From assembly GCA_013265495.1 (NCBI GenBank), contig MU061298.1:1674001-1738000 (forward strand): a stretch of DNA of 64,000 nucleotides, written 5' to 3'. Both the position numbers and the translations under genes were made by a program. The notes below the pieces were generated by a model. That model searched no databases. It saw only the letters and a list, made by a program, of their open reading frames with translations, and had not been told where the DNA came from. Shown one piece after another: positions 23,501-39,149 of this stretch. The stretch's first letter is position 1, and each line of letters begins with the position of its first letter. The DNA comes from Vicugna vicugna. Lineage: Eukaryota.

Positions 23501-24903
23501 TATCCCATCCAGCCTTCCATCCGTGTGGGACGTCAGCCCTCCAGCAAATCTTACACTTCATGTGGCTCCATACGTGTTTCCTGGCTGACCGATACATCAG
23601 ATACCAAGATCCCTGGGGTGAGGGGTGGGGGGCTGGACAGCAATGCCCAAGACTAGCAGGGTCTCTGGCACCCAAGGCACATAGTGTCACCCTCTGATAA
23701 GTGAAATACAGGGGCGTCTGTACGCCTTTCTTCTACCTGATAGGAGTAGCTTGGAAGCAGCCAGTCAGTACAAGAGGCAATATGAAGCATCAGTAAGCCG
23801 TGTAGGACTAGAGGGACTAGAGCCCATGCACAGGGGCAGGCCACCCTCTTCCATGCTGTGAGCATGGATGACTAGCTGAACCTCATCTGTGAAATGGGAA
23901 GATTCCAAGTAGCTAGCCCATAGCGCTATGGAGGGGCATCTAAAGAGTAGGTGGAAAGCACTCAGGACTGTGCCTGGCGTAGGGCTGATGTTCAACAAGT
24001 TCTCATCTTCATCTCATCACTGCTGAAGCTCAGTTCTGCTTGCTGGGCTGGGCTCTTTTGTTAACTGTCAACATTGGAAATCTCACCCCAGATAAAGACC
24101 CTGCCGTCTGGGATGGGGCGTCTGCCCCGGGGTGGGGAGGGAGGGATGCAGAGCTGGGCTGTCTCTCTGGAACGGTCCATACGGCACGGCGACTTTGCAG
24201 GAAGTGCCTTCCAAACCACAAAAGGCATTTCAAATATTAGTGTTAAAGTTTTTGCTTCTCCTATACTTTAAAATCGAGAAACAATACTGTGAACATAATC
24301 CTAGTTCCCACTTATTTGACAGCCTACCATGAATGAGATACTGTGCCCACGGCTTTTCACAGATGCACTTGCTTTGTGGTCTCCATGACCCTACAAAGAC
24401 AGAACCATTTTCATGCCCATTTTAAAGATAAGGAGAATGATATTCATACACCACTCAAGTTTTCAAGTAGGATTCAAACTCACATCTGTTACCTCCCAAG
24501 TCTATGCTTTAAACTACTAAGTTACACTCATGGGCCTGAATATAAATGTTCTAAGATGAATTAGATGCCAGTGGGTTCAGGATTCCAGCCAAATGCTAGT
24601 AATCCTGCTCTCAGATTCCGGGAGCTCGGCCTCTGTCCCCTCAACAGGCAGCGTGGCATCTCAGTACCACAAGGCACAAGGCAGTGCTTTGCTATTTAAG
24701 ATCTCCTGAAAACTATCTTCCTTTCCTTGTACCAAGTTAACCATGTCAAGCTTAATTTATCCACCTTGGAAAGATCCAGGGCTCAGTTGACCCTGCAAAG
24801 ATTTGAAATTATAGTTCTTGAGTCTAATTTTAAACCTAGCACAGAGAACTTTTTTTTTTCCTAGCTAGGACATCGAAACAAAATACAATACCCTCTCCCC
24901 CTC

Positions 24904-24952
24904 AAAAAAAAAAAAAAAGACATCAAGAAATGGTAGCTTATTTTGCTTTAAT
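24904..24952 (-). terminator. Probable PGM1 polyadenylation signal (ATTAAA) with downstream U-rich tract
   Basis: Minus-strand ATTAAA at 24947-24952, AATAAG at 24937-24942, then a 15-nt U run (plus-strand A15 at 24904-24918). Confidence 0.65.
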
Positions 24953-25506
24953 ATCCCAAAATATCTGTGAATGGGAATATGTTGCAAAACAAGACAGAAA
25001 TCTGTAGACAAGTACGTCTCACTCTGACAGAAGACCTGACTGGAGAGAAGGCACCAGAAACTGCGTTTTGCTGGATTCCATGTAAACAGTAGATGGGGGA
25101 GAAGGTTCACAAAGGAGAAAGGAACTTGCACTGTCATTTCAGGATTTCATTTAAGGATGAAAGCTGGCCTCACTCGCTGACGCTCAACCTCCATCCTACA
25201 CTGTAGTGTAAACAGGACCTGGTTCTGAGGAGACAGACAGCCACACGGCAGCAGTGCACAAGGACACGAAAAGAAACTGACGCGAGTGTAAGCCCCTGGG
25301 TCCTTTTTTTCTCTTTCCCACATGGCTCCTGCGGGCTTCTTAATTGGCAGTGCCTTGGAATCGTGCCATTTGTCAACAATTGGTTAGTGGAAAAACTGAG
25401 TCCTAAAAATGCCTGGGTGAACACACTTTGCTTCTGTCCATGCTCTTCAATCAGATGTCTCGGGGGGTCTTGGGGTGGAGGGACGTACCACATGTGGCCT
25501 GTCTTC
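24920..25506 (-). other. PGM1: PGM1 3' UTR (about 580 nt; 3' end approximate)
   Basis: Runs from the stop codon to just past an ATTAAA hexamer; cleavage site is inferred, not observed. Confidence 0.7.
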
Positions 25507-26140
<634 letters not shown>

Positions 26141-27939
26141 TAAGGAAAAAAAAAAAAGAATTCTGCTGTTTCTTAAATAAATAAATATTTTAATATTAAA
26201 AAAGAAAACTATGCATCTAGTTAAACTGCCCATTTAACAGATGAGGACACTGAAACCCAAAGAAGTGAGGTGATTTGACCAAGTGATTCAAGGGCAGAGT
26301 CAAGAGTAGTACCTCTTCTATCACCCACTGTGCTTTCCCTCATCTAAATCTCCACCAACTCACTGTACCTGGAAGACAGTTGGAGAACCACTGCACAAGA
26401 TGACCACACCACTTGCCATTCCCCTCAGGGCTCCAACAATCCCAACAAAGTGCTGAGACTGGGGTCCAGCGGCTGCAGAGTCGGGGAAGGCATGTCCCCA
26501 GCTGGAGCGGTGGTACACCTGGGTGTGTGGGCACCCTGCATCCTTCAGTGCCCTCCCATCTCCTGAGGGCTACATGAAATGTATCTACCACGTGCCAGGT
26601 ATTCAGACAAAGAAACGCAATGTCCTCCCTCTTCCTCTTGCTCTATTATTATATGGGTCTACAACACAGACACTACTGCCTTTGATTTTAGTTTTAGGGA
26701 TTTCTTGACACCGCAGGGATCTGGCAATGACTAGTGCTGATGCCTGGTCACTGAAAACACTTTAAAAGTAAAGCATCCTCTCATTTCTCTCTTTTTGTAA
26801 TAATAATAATAATTAAAAAAAAACCGTAAGAGTCACTTTCTCAAAAGCTAATCCTATATGCAGGCACAGTGTTCAGAATTTTGCATTCATTGTCTCCATA
26901 AATCTCTGTAACAATGCTGCGAGGTAAGGAGCCTTCTGCCATTTTACAGACAAAGAAACCAAGGCTCACAACATTGAAAAGACTTACCCAGGAACACACA
27001 GCTATTAAGTGGCAGGCACCAAATTTAAAATGAGATCTCTCTAACTCCAGAACAGATGCTCAAATGCATCATGCCAGAGGGTTCCAAATGAGTTTCACAG
27101 GATTCTAATTAGGTGTTAGCAGGAAAAACGTTTTATGGGAAAATAGGCCTGGTGAAGGCTATTTAAACAGGCGTCTTTACTGCAAGTCTTCTCAGAGCTC
27201 TAAGGTACAGTGTATGTTGTGACCTGCCAAGAAGGGGCTGTTGTACTGTGACACTTCCTAAGCTTGTTTTGGCTCTGGTCGGGGAGCAGCTCCCAAGATG
27301 AGAAACGCAGGTGGGGAAACCCTCCCCTCCAATTGGGTGGCCGTCCTCCAAGTTCTGTACCACCCTTGGCCTCCCGGGGTCCCTTCTCACTCTGACATAC
27401 TTCTGGAGACTCTTTGGGTGGGGTTGGGAACCCAAACACAGGCTGCAAGTCTGAAGACTCCCCCATAAAGACCTTTCTTACTGGGTCATGAAACAGTCCC
27501 TCCCTCCCTTCCCCTGACCTCCGACCAAATCTAGAGCCAGTGTGTGTTCTGCCAGGGCAGGTGATCAGACCAAGCGAAGTGGCAAATAATCAGTGACAGG
27601 CCAGAACACCAGATCAGGGGCTGATTTAACCAAAGATTAGTTATTTTGCATCTGCCACTTACTGGGCATGTGAACCTATTAACTACCGCGTAAACTTTCT
27701 GAGCCTCAGACTCCTTATCTGTAGTAGGGATATTAATAGATTAAATAATAGGTGAGAATAATAATTCTCATTGGAGAATAAAATGAGTATGTCCATTGGG
27801 GTAATGGGTTTAGAGCAGAGCTTGGCAAATAGAAAGTGCTCAGATCATTGTTAGCTATGACTGTTGTTCTGACCTGAAAGAGACAGGGAGGAAAGGGAGC
27901 ACTTGATCATTTGGGAGACGGATGGTGGAAGCACGATCA

Positions 27940-28239
<300 letters not shown>

Positions 28240-29563
28240 CTACAACTGAGCCCCGTGAGTCTGACCTCGGTCAGCCTGTCACCAAATCCAGCCAGTGGGG
28301 GCTGAGCTTACAGGGGAGAAGCGTTCCCAGGGTCGGGTGGGAGACTGGATCCTGGGGAGGCTGGCTGACACAAGACCTGCCCTCTCCACGCCATCTCCCT
28401 GTGATTTATGGCTTAGCCATTCCAGTTCAAAGCTTAATAAACAAGTTAATATATAAATAAACTGCTAGATACAGAAATTTGATTTCCAGATCAGGAGGGA
28501 AACATGGAGAGAATGGGGTGAAACCAGAGCAGAGGAAGTTTCAGGCAGAAGAGAGGAAGAATACTGTAAAATGGGGAGATGGAGACTCAAAGAGAGAACA
28601 GGAGGCCACGTGCTCCAAATGGCAGAGGCCAGCTATTCCCACCTGCCAGGCAGGATCCAGTGGTCAGTCTCCACCAATGCCTGGTGACTCAAAGCAGGGT
28701 CATGTGGGTGTAATGCCAAGCCCAGCCCCTAACTCTCTGCCCTCTCCCTTCCCTCTCTGGCTACATCTCTTGTCCTTAGTAATCTTGATTCAAGGAAGAA
28801 GGCTGGGGACTCTTGAGGTAGGAAGGCTAGGCAAGTTATCTGAGGATCCTTCAGTTTTGATGAGTCTGTTAATTCTTCCATAAAAAGAAGAACTTTGCAT
28901 AAAGCCAATGACCAACCAGAAGGAAAGATACTACCTCTCATCTGCTATCGGTCACCAGGCCCCTGGCAAAGGGCTGACCCAGCCTGCAGCCCTGGGTGCC
29001 TGGTGCCCAGTGAGGGAAACTTTAAGAGCTCTGTCCCCATCCAGACACAGCCCGGGTCTCGACTGCGATGTCCTCCTATGCACTGCGATGTGAGGGTGGG
29101 CTGCACGTCACGTGCTACAGATAGTAACACCTAATGTTTCTAAGTCTGTGGATGGCTTGTCTACTTTCTTCTTTTTTTGGAAATTAGAACATGTATCACA
29201 GTAACGTCTGTGGTGATGCCACTCTCCTGCTGGCATTGTTACAACCTCTCAAGAGAAAAGGAGGAGTTTGAGATCTAAGACAGCAGCTCTCCATCTTTTT
29301 TAGGTTCTAGGGCTCTTTTCTGCACACACATTCAACACGACATCTTGCAGAGAATTCTGCAGAATGTAAAAATCCTTCTGGAGTCTAGACGAAGCATCCC
29401 AGAAAGAGGGCAAAGGGGCATGCAAAGAACCAGGGCCAAAATCATTTTGCCTACGAGTATCTGTGCAAATCACGGGTGACTCAGCAGAAAGCCACTTGAG
29501 AAAACTGGGCAGCACAGGAGAAATGACCAAGAGGCCTTTCTCTTTTTTTCTCTTAAGACTTTA

Positions 29564-29836
<273 letters not shown>

Positions 29837-30889
29837 TCAGATCACACCAGTGTGTATCTGCACTCTCTCCATCATTTGTTTGGTGCTTCCGCCAAACCAT
29901 CCAACTTCAGAAGAAGCTGGCAAAAGGACGGTCATTCTCCGGGGATGGAGCAGGCCAGGGATGAAAGGAAGGGTTTGGAGGGTTTCAGGAAAGGGCTAGG
30001 AGCTTCTGAATAAGCAGAAAACCACCACCTTGGCTCTTCTACAGAATGAAGGCTCTTAGAAGCCTCAGAGGCTTTTGAGAGATACTGTCTAACATTTAAT
30101 CACCACATCCTGAGGACTAGAAACAAAAGCAATGTTATCTCTGGAGAACGGCTGCACAGAGGCCCACGTGACTCAGGCACTTCTCCTCCAAACTCCTGGA
30201 GCTTCTCTGGGATCCATGCTGGGAAGGCTCCCAGTCTGGGACCTGCCTGAGGCTGCTGAGAGTTTGGCTAAGGAGAGTTCCAGTCTCCACAGGAGCTTCC
30301 TTAAGTAAGGCCAAGTTTTCACTGACCAGGCGAAGGACCCAAGCCGTAACTCTTTACATCTTGAAATGCCTCCCTCCTCTCAGTGAGAGTGGATTCTGGC
30401 CCATGGCGTTCTGGGGTCACCCCGACAGAGGAGGCCCCGTGTGGATGCAACAGGGCCAAGAAAAAGAAAAGTGTACCACAAAGGAAATTCCACGACTGTT
30501 TTTTTTTCCTCCAAGAATCGTTCTTGACTTCTTTCTTATGAGGTTAAAGACTCTTAACAAGTGGCTTTTCTTGACCTAATGGTGCACACACACCCTCTTG
30601 AGAGAGTTATTTTTTAGAGGCTCAAGATAGAAGAGCCTATATTTATTTGTGATAGTGAAACAACTATGATATGTGCAAGACGACACCTCTGAGACATGAG
30701 AAATACCAAGGAATTAAGGCCAACTATTCTGGCTCCAGGATTCTATGAATTAAGGACAACAGTTCCCTTAATCCTGAAGTCAGCTCTTTCCCCCAGTTAA
30801 AATGATAAACAGCAAGAAATTACAACCAGGTGTTTGTGCTTTACATCTGTGACCTTTGGGTGTTGGAGGGAAATGTTCTATAAATTCTA

Positions 30890-31075
30890 GGCACAGAGGG
30901 GTATAATGGAAAGAATCTGGGCTTTGGAATGAGACAGAACGAGCTATGAATCCAGCCTTTATCGGGTAACTGTGCAACTCTGGGCAAGTTGCTTCATCTC
31001 TCAGAATTTCAGTTGTCTTATCAATACTGTTTTGAGGCTGATGTGAAACAATGCGTGCAGAAAGCACTTTTGTTA
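30890..31075 (+). mobile_element. MIR SINE in intron 8
   Basis: tataatggaaagaatctgggctttggaat...ctctgggcaagttgcttcatctctcag...gcagaaagcactttt. Confidence 0.75.
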
Positions 31076-32604
31076 AGTAAATGGAGGGTGTAATGGAGTC
31101 TTAACTAAATGCAGGTTCTAAGACTTGATTGGTAATATTTGGTGAGTAGTCATTTGAAATTAATAAAAAATATGTTAAAACAGTTTTTAGATGGAGACTT
31201 CTAACTGATTCAAGAGTGACCCTTTCTCTGCACAAATCTTCCTAACCTTACTCCACCCTGGCTGCTATTCACTTGTTAACTGATTCATTTATCTATTCAA
31301 AGCCTGTTTACACAATGTCACTATGGATTAGGTATCCAGCGATCCCATGGAGCACAGAAACAGACATGGTCCTGCCTTCATCACACTCTAAGCTCTAGAG
31401 AGCTCCTGACTGCTGTTCTGAATTACTAGGTTTTTCTGGTTCTTAGAAAGTAGAGATTCTTGCCTTGGTTCCCAGGGCTACTGTGGGTACCGCGTGGCAG
31501 ATATTACTTGTACCTTCCACAAAAGAACAACTTGAGGGAGGAAGACAGCAACGAAGTTGTCCAAAGTTGATGGAAGGATTTCTGATTACGGAGGCCAAAT
31601 TGCTTAAGGTTGAATTCTTCCTTGACTATCCAGAGATCACAGACCACTAGATCTGTGATGTTTTTAAAATTCTCTAGTCTAACTCACCTATTTTATAGAA
31701 AAAGCAACTGAGGTCCAGTGAAATTGTATCTTTACATTTCTTCCAGATAAGTAGTTTATCTACTATCCCTCTTCTCATATTTCTTTTCCATGATTAGAAT
31801 AGTGAGGTCCAAGGGAAAAAAATTGATAGTTTTTTTTTTAACACTTACAAGGGGGAAAGCAAATTGGAATTGGTGAAAAGCACAACTAGAGAGAAATGTT
31901 AATGCTTCTTAAAAATAGAAGTGCGCATGGTAAAGACGGGTTACTAACTATTCTAGGTATTCTGTCCACTGCTGAATCCCCAGTGCCTGGCAGAAAGCAG
32001 GCACACAGTCGACACTTACTGAATCAATGAATGAAGTACTGACAACTACACAGCCTTTGGGGACCTATTTTAATGAGTCAGAAAAGTTGATTTAGACTAA
32101 GCATAATTGTTTCCATAATTTCATGAAAAGTTTCCATACTTTCAGTGTCCCAGAGTTTATAAAACACTTTCAGACTCATATTTCATTTAATCCACTCAAT
32201 AGCCGGACTGTTATTTCCACTTTTACAAATGAGAAAACTGAGTACAAGGAGAAGTTAAATGACTTCCCAGTCTACAAGGGAGCAGAAATAAAATGATAAT
32301 CCCTTCTTCTGAATCCAAATCCAATGCTATTATCATGTCCACCGGATAGCTACATTAAAAGGCAGACAAAACATTTATTCTTTTGAATACGTTAACTAAA
32401 ATTTTTAAGCCTTGTTCTTTATGGCTAACATAATAGCTGCCTTCATCTTGACCCTGACTGAATTATTTAAAAAATCCCTAATTGGTAAAGGTTGAATGAG
32501 CTGGGGTTTTATTATCACTTAAGACAGGAAAGAATTTGTATGCATGAGAATTCTCTCTGCCCACTTCCCCATGCTACCTCTGCATCCAGCCAGGCTGTAG
32601 CTTA

Positions 32605-32844
<240 letters not shown>

Positions 32845-33094
32845 TTACTGAGGAACTTGAATACATGGAAGGAACCACGTGCTAAATAAAGCAACATACT
32901 ACTGAAAAGAAGCTGTTGCTTCCCAAAGAAATTTAGAATTTTAAGGCAAATGCCAATAAAAATGTCAGTTAAATAATTTGGTAGAACTTGGTATATCAAT
33001 TATAAAACATGAATGTGAGTGGAAAAAACAAATCTCAAATTAATAAAAAACAGAACATGACCATTGTAAATTTTTAAAAATTAAAATCTTCTGG

Positions 33095-33900
33095 TAGCTG
33101 AATGGAACAAAAGAGAGCACCCACAAAGAAATCCAAACACATATGAGACTTGAAAAAGTGATAGAGGTGTCACTTTAGGGCTGTAGGAAAAGAATGGGTT
33201 ACTTTTTAAATAGTATTTGGATAACTAGCTTAACAGTTAGAAAAAAATCAGTTTTCTTCCCTATAAAACACCATACCAAAAAGAATTCCATATGGATTAT
33301 CCATTCAAATGTAAAAATTGAAAACCTTTAAATACTAGAAGAGATATATAATTTTTTTAAAAATCTGGTATTTTTTTAAATACATGTAAATTCAGAATTC
33401 AAAAAGAAAAAAACTATGTATTTGTCTACTTAAAAACTAGCATTTCTATCAGCAAAACTACTATAGATAAAATTAAAAGGCATTGGCAAACTAAAAAAAC
33501 ATTTGCAATATAAAGGAGATAATTTATTACGCTCAATATAGAAAAAGCTCTTATATATTAATAAGAGAAAAAAGCAAAAAATAGAAAAACAGACCAAGGA
33601 TATAAATAGGAAATTCACCAAAGAATAAATACAGGTGCCCAATTAACATTAATAGAAAGCTGGGATTATATTTAAGAAGAGAAACTAACGTTAAAACCAC
33701 AATAAAGACACTGCTACTTGTTTGACAAATGGCCACAGATTTAAAATGAGAACACCTAGATCAGGGGAGGTAAAAGGGAAATGGGATTCCAACAGACTGC
33801 TGCCGGGTGACATGCTGTCCTTCCAGAGAGCAACTTGGCAAAAAGTATGAAAGCCTTAAAAATGGACCTACTTGTGGATCCAGGAACTCCAATTTTAGGA
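33095..33900 (+). mobile_element. Old LINE-1 (L1M-type) ORF2 3' remnant in intron 7
   Basis: A-rich and heavily decayed; motifs aatggaacaaaagagagc..ccacaaagaaatccaaacacatatg and caccataccaaaaagaattccatatggatt. Confidence 0.7.
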
Positions 33901-36900
33901 CATCATTCTTTAATCAAAAGGGGTTTGGTTAAATAGACTATGGCACTTCTGTCTCCTGCTAAGGTCCTTGGTAAAATCTTTATCAAAAATAACAAATTGG
34001 CTCCTTTGGATGTGCTTATTATATGCATGGAGACCCTCTTCTAAGAGCCTGATGTCGCACAGAACTCTCATCTTCTGCTTTTAACCCCGTTATTCTAAAA
34101 AAAAAAAGTAGATGATACTGACCTCTACTTTCCGAATTCTGAACAGGACCTGACGCAGTCCCTCTATAATGCTTTGTGTATTTTCATGCCTTGAATTCAT
34201 GATGTGCCCATCTGTCCTTCTTGACTTCCCACTGGGTCTTATTCTCCTTAGAACTGTCAGAGTATCTAGCACAATGCTGGCTAGGAGGCATGAGGTAAGT
34301 TTGTATCCTTCCCTTCTTCATCCTTTTAGACCCAGCTCAAATGTCCTCCCCTAGCTGAGACTAGCTCCCCGCTTCCCTAGACAGTTATGAGCTACTCTCC
34401 CTCCTCTTACAGTGACCTGCTCAAAACGTCTCGTGCAGCACCATGCTCCTTGTGCCTCAATCATCCATTTATGAGCCTTTAGCCCCACTAACCATGTATT
34501 TCTTGGAGGCATCTCTTATTTACCCTTGTAACTAAGTCTGGTGACTGGCATAGCACATGGAGTATATTAAATAACTAATTGTGAAGGAGTGCAGGAATGA
34601 ATTAATAAATTAATTAATCTACTCCAACATCTTTTTCTCTTTTTGGCTCATAAAAATACACAACTTTTTGTCCCCTAGAAGAGTCTCAGTAAGACATCAC
34701 TTTTAGAAGCAGCAATTCTCAAAACCTGGATGCTGGCAGAACTAGAGATATTAGGCAATACTTTTAGCACTTTATATAACAGATTTTAGAAATGTTTGCC
34801 TAATTTTATTAGCTATGGACTTTTATTTGCCTTTACTGCTATTTCAAGGAACAGAAAGTTAGCCCTCTGGCTCCTACAGCTTTTGCAAATGATATGTTTT
34901 GGCAACAGTTCACTCTGAGCAGTAAGATTCTGGCAGCTTCCCCAATATATTGAGAATTCATGACCAAAGTATACAGCTTGGAATTATTTTCTGTGAGCCC
35001 CTGGGTTTTTTTTCCCCATCCTTCCTCCCTTTTTCTTTTCCTTTTTTTTGCAAGGGATGGGGTGCCAGACCAAAAATACAGAGGGCAGTGTTCCTTTGTT
35101 ATGTAGAAATGAAAATAAAATCTAAAAATTTTACCCAACTCTGACTAAGTTACTTGGAGATAACTAAGTCACACACCTCATATTATAAACCAAGCATCAG
35201 CCTTGAATAATGTAAATATTCTATTCCATTTACACGATCCCTAGCCTCTGAAAATTCTGATTAATCTCACTAATCACCTTAAATGTATCGAAACTCTACG
35301 TAACTCTGACAATACTCAGAAAATCTGGGTAAATTTCATTTTCTTTATGGTTCTGATGAATGAAGACGAGTTACTAATGAAAAAAAGGCAATGATATGTG
35401 AATGTATTTCTTAACCTGCTCTTATTTCTGCAGTTGCGGCAACTATGGTTCAATGGAAACGCTTTATACTTAAGAGTCAGAAACTTGAATCTGAAACTTA
35501 TAAGCTGTTTGAATTTGGACAAGTCACTTAACTTTTCTAAGCTTCAGTTTCTTCAGCTCTATAATGGGGATAATGCACACAATTTTAGGACTCTACTATG
35601 ATAGAGAGTGGAAATATTTTATAAACTGTTGAGTACCATATAAATGCAAGATACCATTATAAGGGAAAATAAAAAAACTTTTAGGGAAAATTAGTGCTTT
35701 CCACTACCTCTTTAAGCTTTCAAAAATAACACCGCTTAACTATACACATTAGGGAAGAAAATGGAATATAACCCAATATGCTCTTTTTTTTTTCTGGGCA
35801 GTGGGATTACTGTGCTTTTTTTCTTCTTTCTTATCTAATTTTTCTATTAAGAATGTGAATTACTGGTACCATTTTTTAATTTAAAAAAAGAAGCAGCCAG
35901 GCCCATGTAACTGCAGGAAAAGGGAAACACTATTAGCAAGCACCACTCATCCTGGCTGACACGCAGGTCTCTTCATACTTGCTCCAGCTCACGGACCGAG
36001 TGCGTGGGGATTCTGCCCTTTCAGCATCTTCAAACACCTGTCACTTTACTTTGGCCTAATCAGCACCTTGTGATATGTATAAACTCTTCTCAGTCAGGGC
36101 ACACTCTGGTTCTCAGCCAAGAAAAATGTCAACCCCTAATGAGGAAGCCAAGAGCCAACAGTTTAGGGATTAGGTTCCATTTACCAGTGTGGGCATCTCG
36201 GGGGTGCCCGGGCTCCTGCCCCTGCCAGGCAAGGCCTGTGCATGGGATGCGGCAGCTGAAAAAGAGCTTCACAGAGTTCTGTGAAAACCGAGCATCTGTC
36301 CATCTGTCTCTCTGTCTCTCTCTTTCTCTGACCATCTCTATCTCTCCTTCAATCTCCTAAACACGCTGTTCTCTCTGCCTGGAAATTTCCACTCCACAAA
36401 TACCGACCAGCCTGGCTAACAGCTCCTGCAGTTACTTTTACCTTCCTCCTTATCTGGGATGCCTTCCTTGTTGCCCTCTGTGCTCACCTGTAGTCTGTCG
36501 CACCTCGCCCGTTACCCATCCTACACTATGAGTTGTATCCCCAACTATTCCTGGCATGCAGTCAGTTCTCAATAAAGGTTTGCCCAAAGAATGGTCAGAC
36601 CCCAGATGACTGGCTGGGAGGTTCAGTAGACCAGCTCTGTCCACAGTGCAGTCCTCTTTGCTTCCACTGCACAAGACTTCCCTCTGAAAGGGCCAGTAAG
36701 CTCCTTAGAAAAATCTTTTCCAGACCACTCCAGTCCTCAAGGGGGCTCTCCCTCAGCAACCCCAGGACTTTCCATTTAGCAATTAATCCTGCACAGCCTC
36801 ATGACTGCCCCTGGAACTTTGTTCCCTTTAGGGGAAAGTGGTAAGCACTTGATAGGCAGGAAATGTGTCTTAACCCAAACTCCATTTTATACTCAACAAA

Positions 36901-38404
36901 GTTGAATCAGTGCCTAGCAGGTTCCAAGTATATGAGAAAATACTAAGATGAATAAGATGTATTCTCTGACCTCATAGATGAGCACAGACACACAGGTGAG
37001 GGAGACAGACGTGCAGGTAACAGTTTAACTGAGTTTGTTATAATTAGGGTCTCAGTTCTGTTGGGATATTCTGTCTGGGAAATCTCTGGAGATAGGATGC
37101 TACCTTTGCAGGGGCGGGGGAGGTTTACCTACAGGAAAAAGTACTCAAGAGGTATGTTAACTAGAACAGAGAACTAGATGGACAATCTAATCCCCTATAC
37201 CACAGAACCAGGCTAGGCACGCTGAATACACAGCTCCCAGAGCATCCTCTACTTCTTCTGTCTCTTTGTACACTTGTAATTACCTGGCCAGGGTCTGACT
37301 TCCTTCCCCAGGGACAGCCTCCACAGAGCCCTCCACAAGAGGGTCGTGCTTACCACTGTGTCCCCAGAGCCTAGCCCAGTATCTAGGATACAGTCAAAGC
37401 TCAATAAACATTTGAGGAATGAGTTGATGAGAAATGAAGTACAAATATGAAGGCCTTTTCATAACAACTTAAAAGAAAACTGCAAAGCATGAATGCTACA
37501 CTTCTTCAAGGTATCACTCCTGTATGAGGCACCATCACTGGAGCCTTTTAGAGATGCGATGAGGAAAAAAATGTATTGTTAATCTCTGGACCTGGCCACA
37601 CCAGAATTTACTGATATATTTCCATATGATACCAAGTTAATCCTCAACCTAGTTTCCTATTCCTCTTTCCCAAGCCCCTCTTTTTCCCGAGGAGGAGTTT
37701 CAAAAGCTGTGACATTATATTCTGTTCAGTGACTTCACTTCCTATTTCTTTCCCAATTTCCCAACAAGTTCAAGGTGGGACAGAACTGAGAGCTTTTCCC
37801 TCCCCAATCATGTATAGGCACACACATCATCATCCACAGTTAGGCGGAAAAATAACTGCACCATGAGATCAACGAAAAACAACAGGTTCCCCCTGTCTGG
37901 CTCTGGGGCCCTAACAAAACACCTTTATCCCTGGTGCTTGTAATGCTGATGTCTGAGGAAGCATTGTAGCCTTGGTGGTTACAGTAATCATGTGAGACAG
38001 CTGCTGTTTCTCCACCATGAACAGACTGATGTACACTTAGTAAGGGTAATATTACGGTTGTGCTTTTAAATGTCAGTGGTTTGTTTTATTTGATGAGCCA
38101 GTTCTTCAGACGTCTGACTCCTCTGTACCTCTGCAAGCAAACTGCTCCCTTTCTTTTATAAAAAGTCATCTCACAAAGACCTGGGGGCCTCAACTCTGGA
38201 CTATGGAGCGGGAGTGGTGCTGAGTCCCCACAAGGGTCCCAGACTGCTGCCTGAGGTGAGGTGGGCATTCTCTATCAAGGTCGTGTCTAAGCAGAAGAGC
38301 ACTGACTGGTCCCTTATGATTCCTGCAACACGCAGGAAATTATGTCAGATAACTGTTGAAGCCCTTTCCTTTCCAACACCAGGATTCTGTCTGTCTGAAT
38401 TGAG

Positions 38405-38760
38405 GGTGCCAAGTGAAAAGCATGTTCTCTCATTCATTCAACAAGCGTCTGCTGAACACCTAATCTATTCTGGGATTTATCGGAGGCTCTGGGGGTATGA
38501 TGAACAAGAGAGATGTGACTCCTGTCCTCATGGAGCTTAAAGTCTAGTATTATGAACAGACATAAATCAAGTAATCATAAATAATTGTAAAATTACAGCT
38601 GTAATACGTGCAAGGAAGAAGTGGGCAGTGCCATGAAGGCCAAAAATAAGGGGCTCTGATCCACCCCGGCAGGTTAGGGAGGCTCTCCTGAGAAACTGCC
38701 TCTGCTCCAACTTGGAAAAATACATAAATAAATAACCCAATATTCAATTAAGCTCTAGAA
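38405..38760 (-). mobile_element. L2 3' fragment
   Basis: cattcattcaacaagcgtctgctgaacacctaatct...cctgtcctcatggagcttaaagtctag. Confidence 0.75.
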
Positions 38761-39149
38761 TTCAAGTATCTCAGAGCCTGTAGAATCACTAATGTCTGCC
38801 CTGAGACATTCTGTAAAGGAACTGTTGGAAGCATTTGCCAAGAAGGGACATAATAGGTAGAAATTAACTCCTCTATATTAAGGAGATCAGAAATTCAGTT
38901 AAATAAATTCAGTGGCACTCACTCACAGCAGTGGATACCCATGGTTGTACAGCCTGTTTTTTTAAATGTTTATCTCCAGAAATATTATAGAACAATTGTT
39001 TGTTTTTTTTTCAAAGAGAGAGAGAATGAGTTTGTGGATTATTTCATACTGAATTCTCTCTTTGGATATGAAAGATATCAAAGGGAAGATAAAGCCATGG
39101 TTGGCACATAGTATTTGTTGAAAGAGTTAATAAATATATAAGCAAGAAC

